NCBI GenBank assembly: GCA_905178155.1
Contig: CAJINV010000014.1
Location: 359,181 to 423,180 of the forward strand
Direction: 5' to 3'
DNA: 64,000 nt
Source of the DNA: Amoebophrya sp. A120
Lineage: Eukaryota; Protista; Dinoflagellata
In this document: in pieces, positions 24,801-36,642 of the stretch
Position numbering within the stretch: the stretch's first letter is position 1
How the letters are laid out: each line of letters opens with the position of its first letter
The notes under the pieces: model-generated
What the model saw: the letters and a program-made list of their open reading frames with translations, nothing else
Told to the model about the DNA's origin: nothing
Database searches by the model: none
Made by a program: the position numbers and the translations under genes

Positions 24801-26710
24801 TCAATGTTCCTCGTGCTGGGCTAGTACTCACAGTGCTTTTCTCCGATAGAACTTTCTGCAGCAGCTTGTTCTGCATTTTCGCCAACAATTGCTCCAAGTA
24901 CCCGGGGGCGCATATGGCGTTCTCAAATGTTACATTCTCAACTGTTACATAAATTACTATCTAAACTGCAGCAGCTGGTCAAAAATGCATGCGAGGGGTA
25001 TGTTCGGGGGTATGTTCGGGGGTGTGTCAGGGGTATGCAAATGGAATTCAATCCCGACCTGAATACAAATTTTTGGCGAAAAAGCAGAAGGCGGGGTATA
25101 AACATACCCCGGACACACCCCAGACACACCCCAGACATACCCCAGACAGACCCCCGAACACACCCCAGGCAAAAAGTCCGAACATACCCCAGACACACCC
25201 CAGGCACACCCCGGGCAGACTTTCGGACACACCCCGGGCAGACTTTCGGACACACCCCGGACAGACTTTCGGACACACCCCGGCCAAGCTTTCGGACTTT
25301 GTCATGTGGGGTTTGGACCCGAAGCCCAGTCTGTCACGCGAGACCGTGCGGCCAAGGGGCGATCGAAAGCCCCTGGGTCATGGCGCGGAGACTATGTCCC
25401 CGCGCCATGACCCAGGGGCCAGCCCCAGCTGCGAGCGCTTCGTTCCCGGACACCGTGCGGCCAAGGCCAAGGGGCACAGAAACAGGTGCGCGCGCCCGGG
25501 TTTGGGAGAACAGGGGCAAGGAAGGACGCGTCCTCCCTTTGTCGTGACTAGTCCTTTGGGGGGGGCGCCCCGCCCAGGGGCGCAGAAACAGGTCCGCGCG
25601 CCCTGGTTCGGCGGAACAGGCGCAAGGAAGGCCACGCCCTCGGTTGGTCTTGGGTAGTCCTTTGGGGGGGCGCCCCGCCCAGGGGCGCAGAAACAGGTCC
25701 GCGCGCCCTGGTTCGGGAGAACAGCCCCCAGGAAGGCCGCGTCCTCCCTTGGTCGTGGGTAGTCCTTTGAGGGGGGGGCGCCCCGCCAAGGGGCGCAGAA
25801 ACAGGTCCGCGCGCCCGGGTTTGGGAGAACAGGGGCAAGGAAGGGCGCGTCCTCCCTTGGTCGTGACTAGTCCTTTGGGGGGGGCGCCCCGCCCAGGGGC
25901 GCAGAAACAGGTCCGCGCGCCCTGGTTCGGGCGAACAGCCTCCAGGAAGTCCGCGCCCTCGGTTGGTCGTGGGTAGTCCTTTGGGGGGGGCGCCCTGCCC
26001 AGGGGCGCAGGCAGAAACAGGTCGGTCCGCGCGCCCTGGTTCGGGAGGACAGCCTCCAGGAAGTCCGCGCCCTCGGTTGGTCGGCAATAGTCCTATGGGG
26101 GGGGCGCCCCGCCCAGGGGCGCAGGAACAGGTCCGCGCGCCTTGGTTCGGGAGAACAGCCCCCAGGAAGGCCGCGCCCTCGGTTGGCCGTGGGGAGTCCT
26201 TTGGGGGGGGGGGCGCCCCGCCGAGGGGGGCAGAAAAGGGCGCACTTTTCCAGGGGGGGCGCCGGCTCCACGGGCGGCAGGGCCATCCCGTTCTGTCGCA
26301 AAAAAAATAAAAATCCTGCCGCATCACGGGCAAGAAAAGCCACCGCGGGTGGCTCTTCTTCGCTGCAAGGTCGCAGCGCGGGGACTCTGTCCCCGCGCCA
26401 TGACCTTGTTTGTCATGCAAAATTGGCATCAGCCTCCACTTGGTCAAGGTGCTTAGCATGACACATTTTCAAAGGGCTAAACAGCAGGATAATCTGTGGG
26501 AAATCTGTGATGCGAAAGCTGCAATCTTGCCACTTTCACTGTTGCCATTCTTGCATCACAAACTCATTTAACAGTTGAGAATGTAACGTTTGAGAACGCC
26601 ATAGCGCACTTGGTCGCCCAGCGCTCCAGCGCTGCATGCTCGGAGAAGGCAGGAGGTGGAAAAACGTCGTCTGACAAAAAAGCACGGCGCGGTCCTTCTG
26701 CGTTTGCCAT
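21804..26710 (-). CDS. Hypothetical 614-aa protein, 7 exons, six TIR introns
   Basis: Exon sum 1845 nt; junctions TKCA|PGYLEQ, FHRK|DNNIN, TTQE|LFLT, DLEL|QEEL, SSPT|RNTN, QMHD|ADGV are all in frame. Confidence 0.8.
22115..22393. mobile_element. TIR introner element, main family
   Basis: TIR; perfect DR gtcgt. Confidence 0.9.
22573..22781. mobile_element. TIR introner element
   Basis: TIR tat..ca.gaaaaaa.tg.ttcactgtg; DR cgttg/tgttg. Confidence 0.85.
23448..23698. mobile_element. TIR introner element, main family
   Basis: TIR; perfect DR agctc. Confidence 0.92.
23745..24067. mobile_element. TIR introner element, second family (AAAAATCCCCCCTCCCCATAT)
   Basis: TIR; perfect DR ctcct; same end type recurs at 63726. 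Confidence 0.92.
24153..24431. mobile_element. TIR introner element
   Basis: Perfect 32-bp TIR tatcctgagtaaaaacgtacccacaccagagt; perfect DR ccttt. Confidence 0.95.
24913..26603. mobile_element. Giant (1691-bp) TIR introner element with GC-rich repeat cargo
   Basis: 35-bp TIR (1 mismatch) tatggcgttctcaaa.gttacattctcaactgtta; perfect DR gcgca. Confidence 0.92.
25100..26240. repeat. GC-rich tandem repeats: about 23-bp units, then about 7-8 units of 105-114 bp
   Basis: gactttcggacacaccccgg x3-4 (25218-25298); ggggcgcagaaacaggtccgcgcgccc recurring near 25470, 25577, 25682, 25790, 25896, 26002, 26116. Confidence 0.9.
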
Positions 26711-27773
26711 TCTTCTCGAGGAGATCTTCGAGTTCGTCGAAATGAAATCGAAATACGCTATAAAGAAGACGAGAACTTCTATAAAAACGCTGTCACCATA
26801 AAAGAGTAAAGAATCAAACACGATGAACCAACAGAGACATACTACAAAACAGCTTCTGTAAGAATGGCGAAGACTTGTGTAGTTGTAGAAGTTCACTTTT
26901 AATTTCAAGCATTGTCATAATGCATTCTTGCAGGCATAGAAGATCTTGCTGTCACAAAAAGAGAAAACACAGGCCAGAAACGAATAAGCAAGAAAAGCAG
27001 AAGGTCAACAGCTGGATGAACACGCCTGGATTTTACCTGGAAACTACGAAGAAGAAGTCATAATTCCTGATCGTACAGATTTCCGAACAGTCCGAATCCA
27101 TGAGCATTTCAATTTCTACTATGATGAAGATTGCTGCTTCTGTCTGCTATACTGCTTGATTATACACGGAATTATGTCGCCCCAGCTTCTTGATGTTGTT
27201 TTGAACTTTTCGTACACCACTGCGGGCGTTTGCAGAGTTTTCAGGCGATAAAGTTGTTTATGTTCTTGCTGGAGCTCGTACGACGGAACTGTCAACACTT
27301 TGACAAATTACCCCAAATTCAACTTTCCATGGATAGCTGAGGTGACGCCAATCTCTATAATTTTTCGGGTAGAAAAATTAAATTCAAGATATTTTTGACG
27401 GGGGTAATCTACTTTGTGCTGCTGGTGAGAATGATGAAAACAAAAGGCACAAAGTGGTCGAGGAAGCTCAAAGGTCGACAAAAAAAAAGGACTTGTCCAT
27501 TTTTTCACGAAACAAATATTGGGGGGTGGCAATGGGTACATATGAATCAATAAATGGTACACATGATATGTCGTTTTACTAGTGCTGGACGATGAAGTGC
27601 TAGGGTAATCATACATAATGTCTCGCTCCAAAATCCAACAAATAAATATGTCTGAACTTCGTCGAGAACCAAAAACATGTCTTCCACTGAAAAATGGAAC
27701 TAGCCGTACTTTCCGCCTTAGGCCGAGCTCTATAAGTAGGTCGTCCAGACCACCTTGTTTTCATTTAACAAAA

Positions 27774-29046
27774 GAGGAGGAGGAGGATCCTTCACACCTG
27801 TTTTTAGCTATACATATTGCTACTCAAGTGGAACATGATGTCGCAGACCACCCGGAGGAAACGAGCAGGGAGGCACCGCTCTCAGGGGAAACACCTACTC
27901 GGCCAGCATTTGCTCCTGTTCCTTGTACCAGACGCGCCATGTTGCAACTACCACTCTTCGAGTTGCGGGCACTGAGGTACACTGTTGCAGCTTCTTCTCT
28001 TCGAGCCGCGGCCGGGTGCGCTCCGTCTGCTCACAAGCTTACCCTCTGTGGTGCGGCTGTCTACTCTGGGACGGTCCGGGGCTTGGGCGAGTTTAGGGTC
28101 ATATCGGGCACCATATGTGTTAGGTGCTTGTCCCTTAACTCTGTAGACACTGCGCTGCCTCCGCCCTGGAGCAGCTTGAGGCAGAGCTCACCTCCCGATT
28201 TTGTCACGATCAGGCGCTTCAAGGTGGTAGCATATTTGTCATGCTGCCACCTTCTCTCGGGTGGTTCTGGCCGGACCTTCGTCTCGTTCTACAAAGTCCA
28301 CGTCTACGAATGCAAGACGCGAACTTTAGCTGCGCCCTAAAAATCTGAGATTCTTCCACTAGGCGGCTGCGCTGGATCGTGGGGAATTCTAATATGTATG
28401 GATCCGCACCTTGAATCGAGAAAAGATAGAGATACATCTGGAATCTCTATCAGAGAAAATCAATATCAGGATCTATCGACATCTCAGCAGCTCCTGGTCC
28501 AGATGTATATCTTTTCTTCATTCTCCAGGCTCCGCGCCCTCGTTTTCCGCTTTCTCGTCGTGGTCTAGTTTGCTTGTGCTTAGACTAGGCGTGACCTGCT
28601 AGCTTTCGTTCTTGCACCTTGTACGCTCGTGGCAGTGGAAGAGAAGATGTGAACCCGTCCAAAGAAGATGTTGAGAGCCAGAGCCTGCCACAAGAAGATG
28701 AAACTCTGCCGGCGCTGTGGAGAGGGAAATCGCCGACAGGGACCATATTTCTGGATGGAATGCGCACACAGACGCACGGGGCGCTGAGGCTCTACCTACT
28801 TTCTACTGTAAATGGGCACAGCTGACCCGCCACGTACGGGTGTCTAACTATTTTGCTTCGAAACTCCATCGCAAGGAGTCGGGGGAGATACCGACGTGGC
28901 GTCAGTGGTGGTAAATGTGTGTGTGCGATGGGTCTAACAACTACTCTACGGCATAGCTCCCCCTGTTCTAGATTTTTCGGATCTCAGGCAACAAGGAAAA
29001 GCCTTGAGCCAAAATGGCTACGGGCTTGAGCCAAAATGGCTACGGG
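27774..29046 (-). mobile_element. Spliced-leader-headed non-coding retroposon with 20-bp TSD
   Basis: TSD cttgttttcatttaacaaaa at 27754-27773 and 29047-29066; 5' end two SL copies; 3' end GGATCCTCCTCCTCCTC. Confidence 0.82.
29003..29046 (-). other. Two tandem full-length dinoflagellate spliced-leader sequences
   Basis: Revcomp reads (CCCGTAGCCATTTTGGCTCAAG)x2; the known DinoSL is DCCGTAGCCATTTTGGCTCAAG. Confidence 0.95.
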
Positions 29047-29330
29047 CTTGTTTTCATTTAACAAAACATGTACTTCTTGGGTGCAAAACAAAAAAACCCC
29101 CCGCTAGCCAAGGACTAAATGTAAATACGTATACTAAATTGCACACAATAAGCCTTGATGTGACCCAGTGCGGCAATATCAGTAAGCATTGCCCCATGAC
29201 GCAGTCGTGGGGAGTGGTTCTAAAGTATGACCTCACTACATACAAAAGGAATTTTTACATAGTATGAATATCGCCTACTACTTGTCGTTTGTTAAATACA
29301 GTACGACCTCCGTAGTTTTCTCTTTAGAAC

Positions 29331-32300
29331 TCAAACATTTCCCCAGGCCTGATCCGTGACCATCGCGTTGAAGCTGCCCACGCAATCCGCGAAGTGGGGC
29401 GACACGTTGGTGCCAACGTCCCGCAAATTGTCCATCATTGCGCGGAGCCCCAATTCCGTCTCCCCGGTTCCACTTACCGTTCCGTGGGCCTGGAAGATTT
29501 GCTGCAGCTGCGCTCGCAGGAGCATCCACTCAGTGACGCCGACGAGGCAGATGGTAGAGCGAATGCGGGTCACATCGTTAGGAATCAGGTTGTCGCCGGT
29601 GTTGCACGGAGTTCCGTCTCCGAGGACGCAGCCGCCCGGAATCTGGAGGTCCAACTCCGTCGCGACGATGGACCGTGGAGTGTTGCTATCCAAGAAAAAA
29701 AAAGCATTCAGTTCTGTAAATCATCCTCTATGGATATTAACATGAAATAAAGACAGCCACACTTGTCAGGGTGGACGTGCTGTCACAGCAGCTTTTCTTG
29801 TCATGCGAACAGAAACAGAATCTGTCCTGCGGTCAGCGTCAGCCGAAGGATTACATTATAAACTGCGCAGTCTTTTTCTTGGATAGGTATCTGGGCCATC
29901 TTCCGGTAAATTATTGGTATCCAATAAGTTCTGCAAATCGGGCTCGTTGCACGCGCATCCTGAATAAAATAACCTCACCCTCCATTTGCATCTTCAAATT
30001 TAACTGATGCAATTCGATATGTCTGTCATAATGCGTGATAGGATACCACAGAGCCATAGCGCGTGACAAGTTGAGACTGATGCGGGCGGGGTGATGGTAA
30101 AATTTTTATTCAGGATATAGGCCCAGACCACAATCCGTCGTGGGCGTGACTGCACTGGTGGCCGTAGTTAGCTTTGCGAGCTGACGCTTGGTTTGTGTTG
30201 GGCGGGGTGGCAGGAGCGGCCTCGCCCGGGCGTTTCGGCATGGGTCGGTCGGCCTTGACGACGCGGTAGCGGTGCCCCGCGCGCAAGCGGCTCTCCGGGG
30301 TGTGCCAAGCTCCACCTGGGCCCCTGTTTCCGGAATGGTAGCCGTCGGACTGCAGGGAATGATACTTGACGCACACTTTGTCATCATTGGCATTTGTAAA
30401 CGAGTCGCGGTCCGCCATTGGAAAAGGAAGCTGCGCGGTTAGCTGGGCGTCAAGCATCAGTTTACGGGGAACCTGCACGGTAAAGAAGTTCCACACCTCG
30501 CCCCTACGAACGTGAAAGACAAACTGGACCCCAGCGAGCGGCGCGGCGGGAGAAAAGTACGTCGCAAGAATGGGGGCGCGGAACGCAAACTCGTACCTGG
30601 CGCCCTCACCAGAGCCCTGTACCCACGGACGCCGGGGTAGCGACCCATCAGTTTGTGGGAACTCAACCGGCTGGCGCAGATTTGCGCTGCCATAAGTGTC
30701 GTCGCCGGAACCTGGTACCCGCTGCCCGACGTCCCGATTACTAAAATAGTCGGTGTCTACCACTTTGACAAGAGCCTCTGGCGCATAGGCGGGGTCAAAA
30801 TCAAACTCGAAGTGGGCTGCTGCGGCAAGCGCCTTCGGCGCAGGCGGTGCTCCAGGTGGCGCAGGCGGTGCTCCAGGTGGCGCAGGCGGTGCTCCAGGTG
30901 GCGCAGGCGGTGCTCCAGGTGGCGCAGGCGGTGCTCCAGGTGGCGCAGGCGGTGCTCCAGGTGGCGCAGGCGGTGCTCCAGGTGGCGCAGGCGGTGCTCC
31001 AGGTGGCGCAGGCGGTGCTCCAGGTGGCGCAGGCGGTGCTCCAGGTGGCGCAGGCGGTGCTCCAGGTGGCGCAGGCGGTGCTCCAGGTGGCGCAGGCGGT
31101 GCTGCGGGTGGCGCAGGCGGTGCTGCGGGTGGCGCAGGCGGTGCTGCGGGTGGCGCAGGCGGTGCTGCGGGTGGCGCAGGCGGTGCTGCGGGTGGCGCAG
31201 GCGGTGCTGCGGGTGGCGCAGGCGGTGCTGCGGGTGGCGCAGGCGGTGCTGCGGGTGGCGCAGGCGGTGCTGCGGGTGGCGCAGGCGGTGCTGCGGGTGG
31301 CGCAGGCGGTGCTGCGGGTGGCGCAGGCGGTGCTGCGGGTGGCGCAGGCGGTGCTGCGGGTGGCGCAGGCGGTGCTGCGGGTGGCGCAGGCGGTGCTGCG
31401 GGTGGCGCAGGCGGTGCTGCGGGTGGCACAGGCGGTGCTGCGGGTGGCGCAGGCGGCGCTGCGGGTGGCACAGGCGGTGCTGCCGGTGGCGGAGGCGGTC
31501 CTCCGGGTGGAGGAGGCGGTCCTCCGGGTGGAGGAGGCGGTCCTCCGGGTGGCGGAGGCGGTCCTCCGGGTGGCGGAGGCGGTCCTCCGGGTGGTGGGGG
31601 CGGTCCGGGTGGCGGAGGCGGTCCGTGCGGCGGATGCGGTCCGGGTGCAGGAGGCGGTCCGGGTGCAGGAGACGGTCCGGGTGCAGGAGACGGCGCAGGT
31701 TCCGGCGGGAGGTCATCTCCGGGATTCAACTGCTGCGGGATAGGCAAGCTGTGAAACGTCCCGTAGGCATTGGCCAACCGTTGCAACTTTTCGTTCTTGA
31801 AATAAGTCGCATGCCCATTCAACACCTCGTCTTCTGTCAAAACCCACACTTCCCGAATGTTCCAAGTCATTCCGTTTGTATCAGTGGCCGGGTAGTGACA
31901 CAGACCCTTGCTTTCCTCGTCCACAGCGCCCGTCTGATAGTCTTTCGTGTGGCACAGGAGCATCTCCGGAATTTCGTTTGGGTTTTTGAAGTAGGTACTA
32001 CTCGGATGGTTTTCCGCGTCGTTCCAAACGGTATAAAACTCCCGCAGTTGCTTATTGGGAAACATCTTCGGAAGGCGCTCCACCATTTTTTCTTGGTTGT
32101 CACCCGGCTCTACTTCGTCGCGACCATCGTCGCTTCTCTGTTGCTCCGCCTGCGCTTGCTGCAGTTGCAGGAACGAAGCCGAAGATCGAGCCGCCGCTGC
32201 ATTTTTTCGCTGAGGTAGGTTCGCTGGTAGTTCAGCCAACGGCCAATCGTCCGATAGCAGTACAGTCCTCTCGCCGCCCCGCTCGTCTGCTGCGATTCTG

Positions 32301-32815
32301 CAGGGCCGGTTCAGCTTTTCCAAGCTGAGGTCCTGACCATTCTCCTCGTACAGGCTCTGCACGGAAACGTTGCAAACCTTACTGGCAGCCAGATTTTCGT
32401 AAGTCTGCCCATCGGATAACACAACCGGGTCGTGGAAACGATTGCTCTCTTCCTGGAGAAACGCATTCAACGACCCAAGGTCCTCCCGGTTCTGCATCGC
32501 GGGAGGGTCGTGAGCTGGTGCCGGGTTGTGAGTCTCATTGCCGGGCGAGTTTTTGTTGTTGTTCGCCACAACAACCACAACCGCGACAACAGCACCAATA
32601 ACGAGGACTGCGGCAATCACGATCAGGGTGATGATAAGCGGTTTATTTTTGGAGCAGCAATTTCTATCATTGGCTTCCGTGGAGCTTCTATGTTCGGGGT
32701 GAAATTCGTGCTGCCCTGTCAAGGCTCTCTCGTGCTCACCCGCCGCAGCCGCATACCCGTTGCGTCCCTCCTGGTGACGGTACGGTGCGGGCACTGTGCG
32801 GTCTCTACGCGTCAT
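29331..32815 (-). CDS. Family member A: TM, 2 U-box-like domains, Pro/Ala stalk, C-terminal Cys-containing domain (1037 aa, 3 exons)
   Basis: First ATG at 32815; TM PLIITLIVIAAVLVIGAVVAVVVVVA; removing two elements makes the C-terminus colinear with the uninterrupted exon of paralogue C. Confidence 0.8.
29687..29885. mobile_element. TIR introner element (degenerate DR)
   Basis: TIR tatccaagaaaaa; removal gives GPDT|TPRSIVATEL vs paralogue GEDTSPKSIIATEL. Confidence 0.8.
29956..30117. mobile_element. TIR introner element (degenerate DR)
   Basis: TIR (c/t)atcctgaataaaa; removal gives WSGP|CNEPDLQN. Confidence 0.8.
30837..31700 (-). repeat. Coding minisatellite, mostly 21-bp units (PPAPPAA / PPAPPGA / PPPPPGG)
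   Basis: Tandem ggtggcgcaggcggtgct(cca/gcg). Confidence 0.97.
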
Positions 32816-34639
32816 AATTGTAGTTGCTCTCTGAAGATTCTGCTGGGTAGAAGTACCAATCACGTAGACACAAATTCAGTGCAAAATCTGTTTGACTCGA
32901 AGAAGCCTTGGGTTCTTTATTAGCTCTATTCCAAAACTAGACGTAGACTTACTTAAGTACACACTCAAAACAAAAATATGAAAAATCGGTTTATCGTAGT
33001 AGCTTCTTTGAATATTTCTTGACGCTGAGGAACAGGATTGCTTCTCTAATAACAGTTCAATATAGATAATTCTGTCGAAAGAGAAGAATATTGTACAAAA
33101 CTAGCAGCAACAGCACTTTTCCAAAAGTTTCTGTAAGATCACATTCACACCAGAAAAAAAATATAGTGCGTGAGATTGATTGCAGTGATTGTTTTTTACT
33201 CGTTTATTGCAGAGCGGTAGATCTTCATTTCGCAAGTGGAAGGATTGTGATCTCACGATCTTCGCTTTTGTTCTTGATCCATGCGTCGTGCACTTGTTCT
33301 TCATGATCATTCTCTATTTACTTCCCTCTCTCTTGATCTTGCAGCGTTTCGATCGACAAATGCTCACACCAGGAGAGGCAATACTTTCAGGCCCGCTTAT
33401 TTAGCGTTGTCTCTCCTGGTGCCGCGATCATTATTATATCTTGATCCGACCACTCTGTTTCTTGATCTCGACCAGCAATTTTATTTTATCGCGAAAACCC
33501 GAGCCCGAGCCTGTCTCGGTTTTGTTCTGTACTTCACCCTGGCCTGTGCTGATTTGGCCGGAGGGTCGTGTTCTTGGAGGAGCAGCCCCGGAGGGTCGTG
33601 TTCTACTTGGAGGAGATCTACTCTCCTGTTTAGTGTTGGCATTAAGACTGTTTTCGCATACAAATCGATAAGAGCTTGAACACGCTTGCCTCCAGCGTCG
33701 TTCCGGGCAGTGGATCGAAGTGTAACTAATAGGATGTGAGTACAAATTCTTTTCACGATGTTCTTTCCTCTTCGTCAAAACAATAGGGTCCTGCTGAACT
33801 GTCTATGCCATGTATACAACACTCCTTCGCATTCACCAAAATCAGACACATCGTACTATCTATAAGTAGGTCATCCAGACCACCTTGTGCTTCTTGGGTA
33901 CAAAACCCACCTCGTTTAGCAAAGCATGCTGTACTTCTTGGGTACAAAACCACACCCGCTGCGTCCCTCCTGGTGACGGTACGGCGCGGCTACTGTGAGG
34001 TCTCTACGTGTCGTAATTGTAATTGCTCTGTGAAATTAGCTTCTGCGGGGTAGTGCCAATCTATCACGTAGACACAAACTCAGTGTAAAATCTGTTCGAC
34101 TCGAAGCCTTGGATTCTTTCTTAGCTCTATTCCAAAACTAGAGCTTGTTTGTTTGTTTGTTCGTTTGTTAGTGCTGGAGTCGTGGTTTCCGTGTGAAGGT
34201 TTTACCTTCCTCTCACGATGCTACTGTTAGTTCAAGAAAAATACTAGGTGGCTACAGCTTTGGCCTCGTAAGCCTGAGAAAAAGATACAGGAGAGCTATT
34301 TTTCGTCACTAGAGAGAGGCTTTTCGAAAGTTACTAAAAACTCGAAGTTGTTGAAAAAGTAAAAGTTTCTTCAACGTAGGAGCTGTTGTTTCTGAAAAAG
34401 TGAAGTCTATATCTGCGAGAAAGGTTGATTTTGTTTCGTGAAAAGAGGTAAGCTACTAAGTTATTCCTGGTGGAACTTGTGTCGACCAGCTGCAAGTCAA
34501 AGCTAGACCTTCTTCTACACACACAAAGCATAAATATGAAATATCGGTTTATCGTAGCAGTTTCTGTAAATATTTTTCGACGCAAAGGAACAGGAGGGCT
34601 TCTCTAATAACAGACTCAAGTAGACGTAGAAACATAAAG

Positions 34640-34932
34640 AAAACCGCGACAACAGCACCGATAACGAGGCCTGCGGCAATCACGATCAGGCTGATGATAA
34701 GCGGTCTATTTTTGGACCAGCAATTTCCATTCTTGGCTTCCGTTGAGCTTCTATTTTCGGGTTCAAATTCCTGCTGCCCTGTCAAGGCCCTCTCGCCCTC
34801 TTCACCCGCCGCAGCCACACCATACCCGCTGCGTCCCTCCTGGAGACGGTGCGGCGCGGTGACTGTGAGGTCTCTACGCGTCATAATTGTACTTGCTCTG
34901 TGAAGTAGATTCTGCGTGGTAGTACCAATCAC
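34640..34932 (-). pseudogene. Truncated family copy (N-terminus and TM only)
   Basis: Matches the 5' end of genes A/B up to VIGAVVAV, then runs into duplicated upstream sequence; may encode a short protein. Confidence 0.65.
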
Positions 34933-36642
34933 GTAGACACAAACTCAGTGCAAAATCCATTCGACTCGAAGCCTTGGATTGTTCTTTATTAGCTCTAATA
35001 TTCCAATAAAACTAGACCTTCTACACACTCAAAACACAAATATGAAAAATCGGTTTATCGTAGCAGCTTCTTGTTTCTCGACGCAGAGGAACAGGATGGC
35101 TTCTCTAATACAGACTCACGTAGAAAGTAGATAAAGAAAAAAATCAATAAAACATATTGTACAACAAAACTAACTAGCAGCAACAGCACTTTTCCATCAA
35201 TTCCTGTAAAAACTAAAATCACATTCACACCGGTAGGAAAAAAAAACAGTGCGTGGAATTGCAGTGATCGTTGTTTTTCACTCGTTTATTCTTGCAAAGC
35301 GGTAGGTTTTGATCCCGGAAGCGGACCAATTGTGATCGGTCGTGTTCTTGGAGGACCTTGCGCAGCAAGATCAAGATCTATTCTCCTGTTTAGTGCTGGC
35401 ATTAAGACTGTTTCCGCATACAAACCGATAAGAACTTGAACACGCTTGCCTCCAGCGTCATTCCGGGCAGGGAAACTGCTAATTTGGATTCAAGTGCAAC
35501 TAATAGGATGTAGTGAGTACAAATTCTTTTCATGATGTTCTTTCCTCTTCTTCAAAACAATAGGGTCCTGCTGAACTGTCTATGCCATGTATACAACACT
35601 CCTTCGCATTCACCAAAATCAGAAACATCGTACTTCGAGATTGTTTTCTCGTAGACCACCACCACGAAATCCCTACTGCAGGGATGTTTGTTGTCCAAAG
35701 CTGAGAGCTTGCTCAAAACGTCTCACCGCAGGGTGCGACTTTGTAGCGAAGCATCACAATAATCATCGGCTGACTTAGTCTCCCCGGCCGATAGCGTTAC
35801 TTCTTGTCCAACACTTAGAAAAGATTTAAGTGCACAGCAATGTTTCAAATAAAATAAGATCATCCATACATCATACAGCTGCAATACATCCAAAACAGTT
35901 GCAACAATAAGATCATCATACATCCAAAACAGTTGTAAATAATCTCTCCTTTCAGAACGGTATACAGATACATAATCGGTGGCTGCGGTAGCTATGAGGC
36001 GCATTCAACCATGTTACATAACGCACAAACATGAAGAACGCGCTCTTCGCTGTCTTGGGCACAAACTACGTCTTTCCTTTCGATTGCGATTCTAGTACTT
36101 AAATCAAGTGCATCACAGTCCTCCTTTTCATCATGTTGGTTTTGTCCCGGCCTGGAGATATCACTTACTTAGCTGTACATGTACTGCTTCTGATTCATTG
36201 GAGCGGAACCGCCCGCGGCCCCTGTGATATCCTGATTTTCCTGCACCTATTAGAATGAAGAGGCACAGACAGGCATAGCACTGATTTGCTGCTGTCTAAA
36301 ATAAAATCATACACGTCGCAAGACACAACAGTACAACTTTTGAAAACACTCTCGAAAATCAAAATAGACCCTGAAAGAATTATTTAGATGCAGTACTTGA
36401 GTCTGGAGTTGGTTTCGTCTAAGCCAAAAAGTTCTGAAATCTTCTAACGATTTGCAAAGCATCCCACTCACGACGGCGTCGTCGTGTCGGGCCGATATAA
36501 AAATGTGGCAGTGAAATAGTAATAGCAGCAATCTTGGTAGAAGAAATGCTGCGATAGAAGCGCAAGCTGATCTAGTACTAGTTGTGGTTCCTATATCATC
36601 TTCTATGGGTTCATCTCTTCATCAACATGCGTGGTAAATTTC

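Noticed and set aside
25100-26240. CRISPR array or protein-coding ORFs
   Set aside because: Units are whole tandem repeats without unique spacers, there are no cas genes, the context is eukaryotic, and the ORFs reflect high GC.
21804-26710. Fragmented ORFs read as pseudogenes or sequencing frameshifts
   Set aside because: All breaks coincide with TIR elements and resolve in frame with one rule.
27618-28340. 240-aa plus-strand ORF
   Set aside because: It crosses the TSD boundary, is antisense to the SL and has no recognisable motif.
29003-29046. SL RNA gene
   Set aside because: The SL is followed by GCTTTT rather than a GT donor, the copies are directly abutting, and they sit at the end of a TSD-flanked insert. 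Not fully excluded because GC donors exist.
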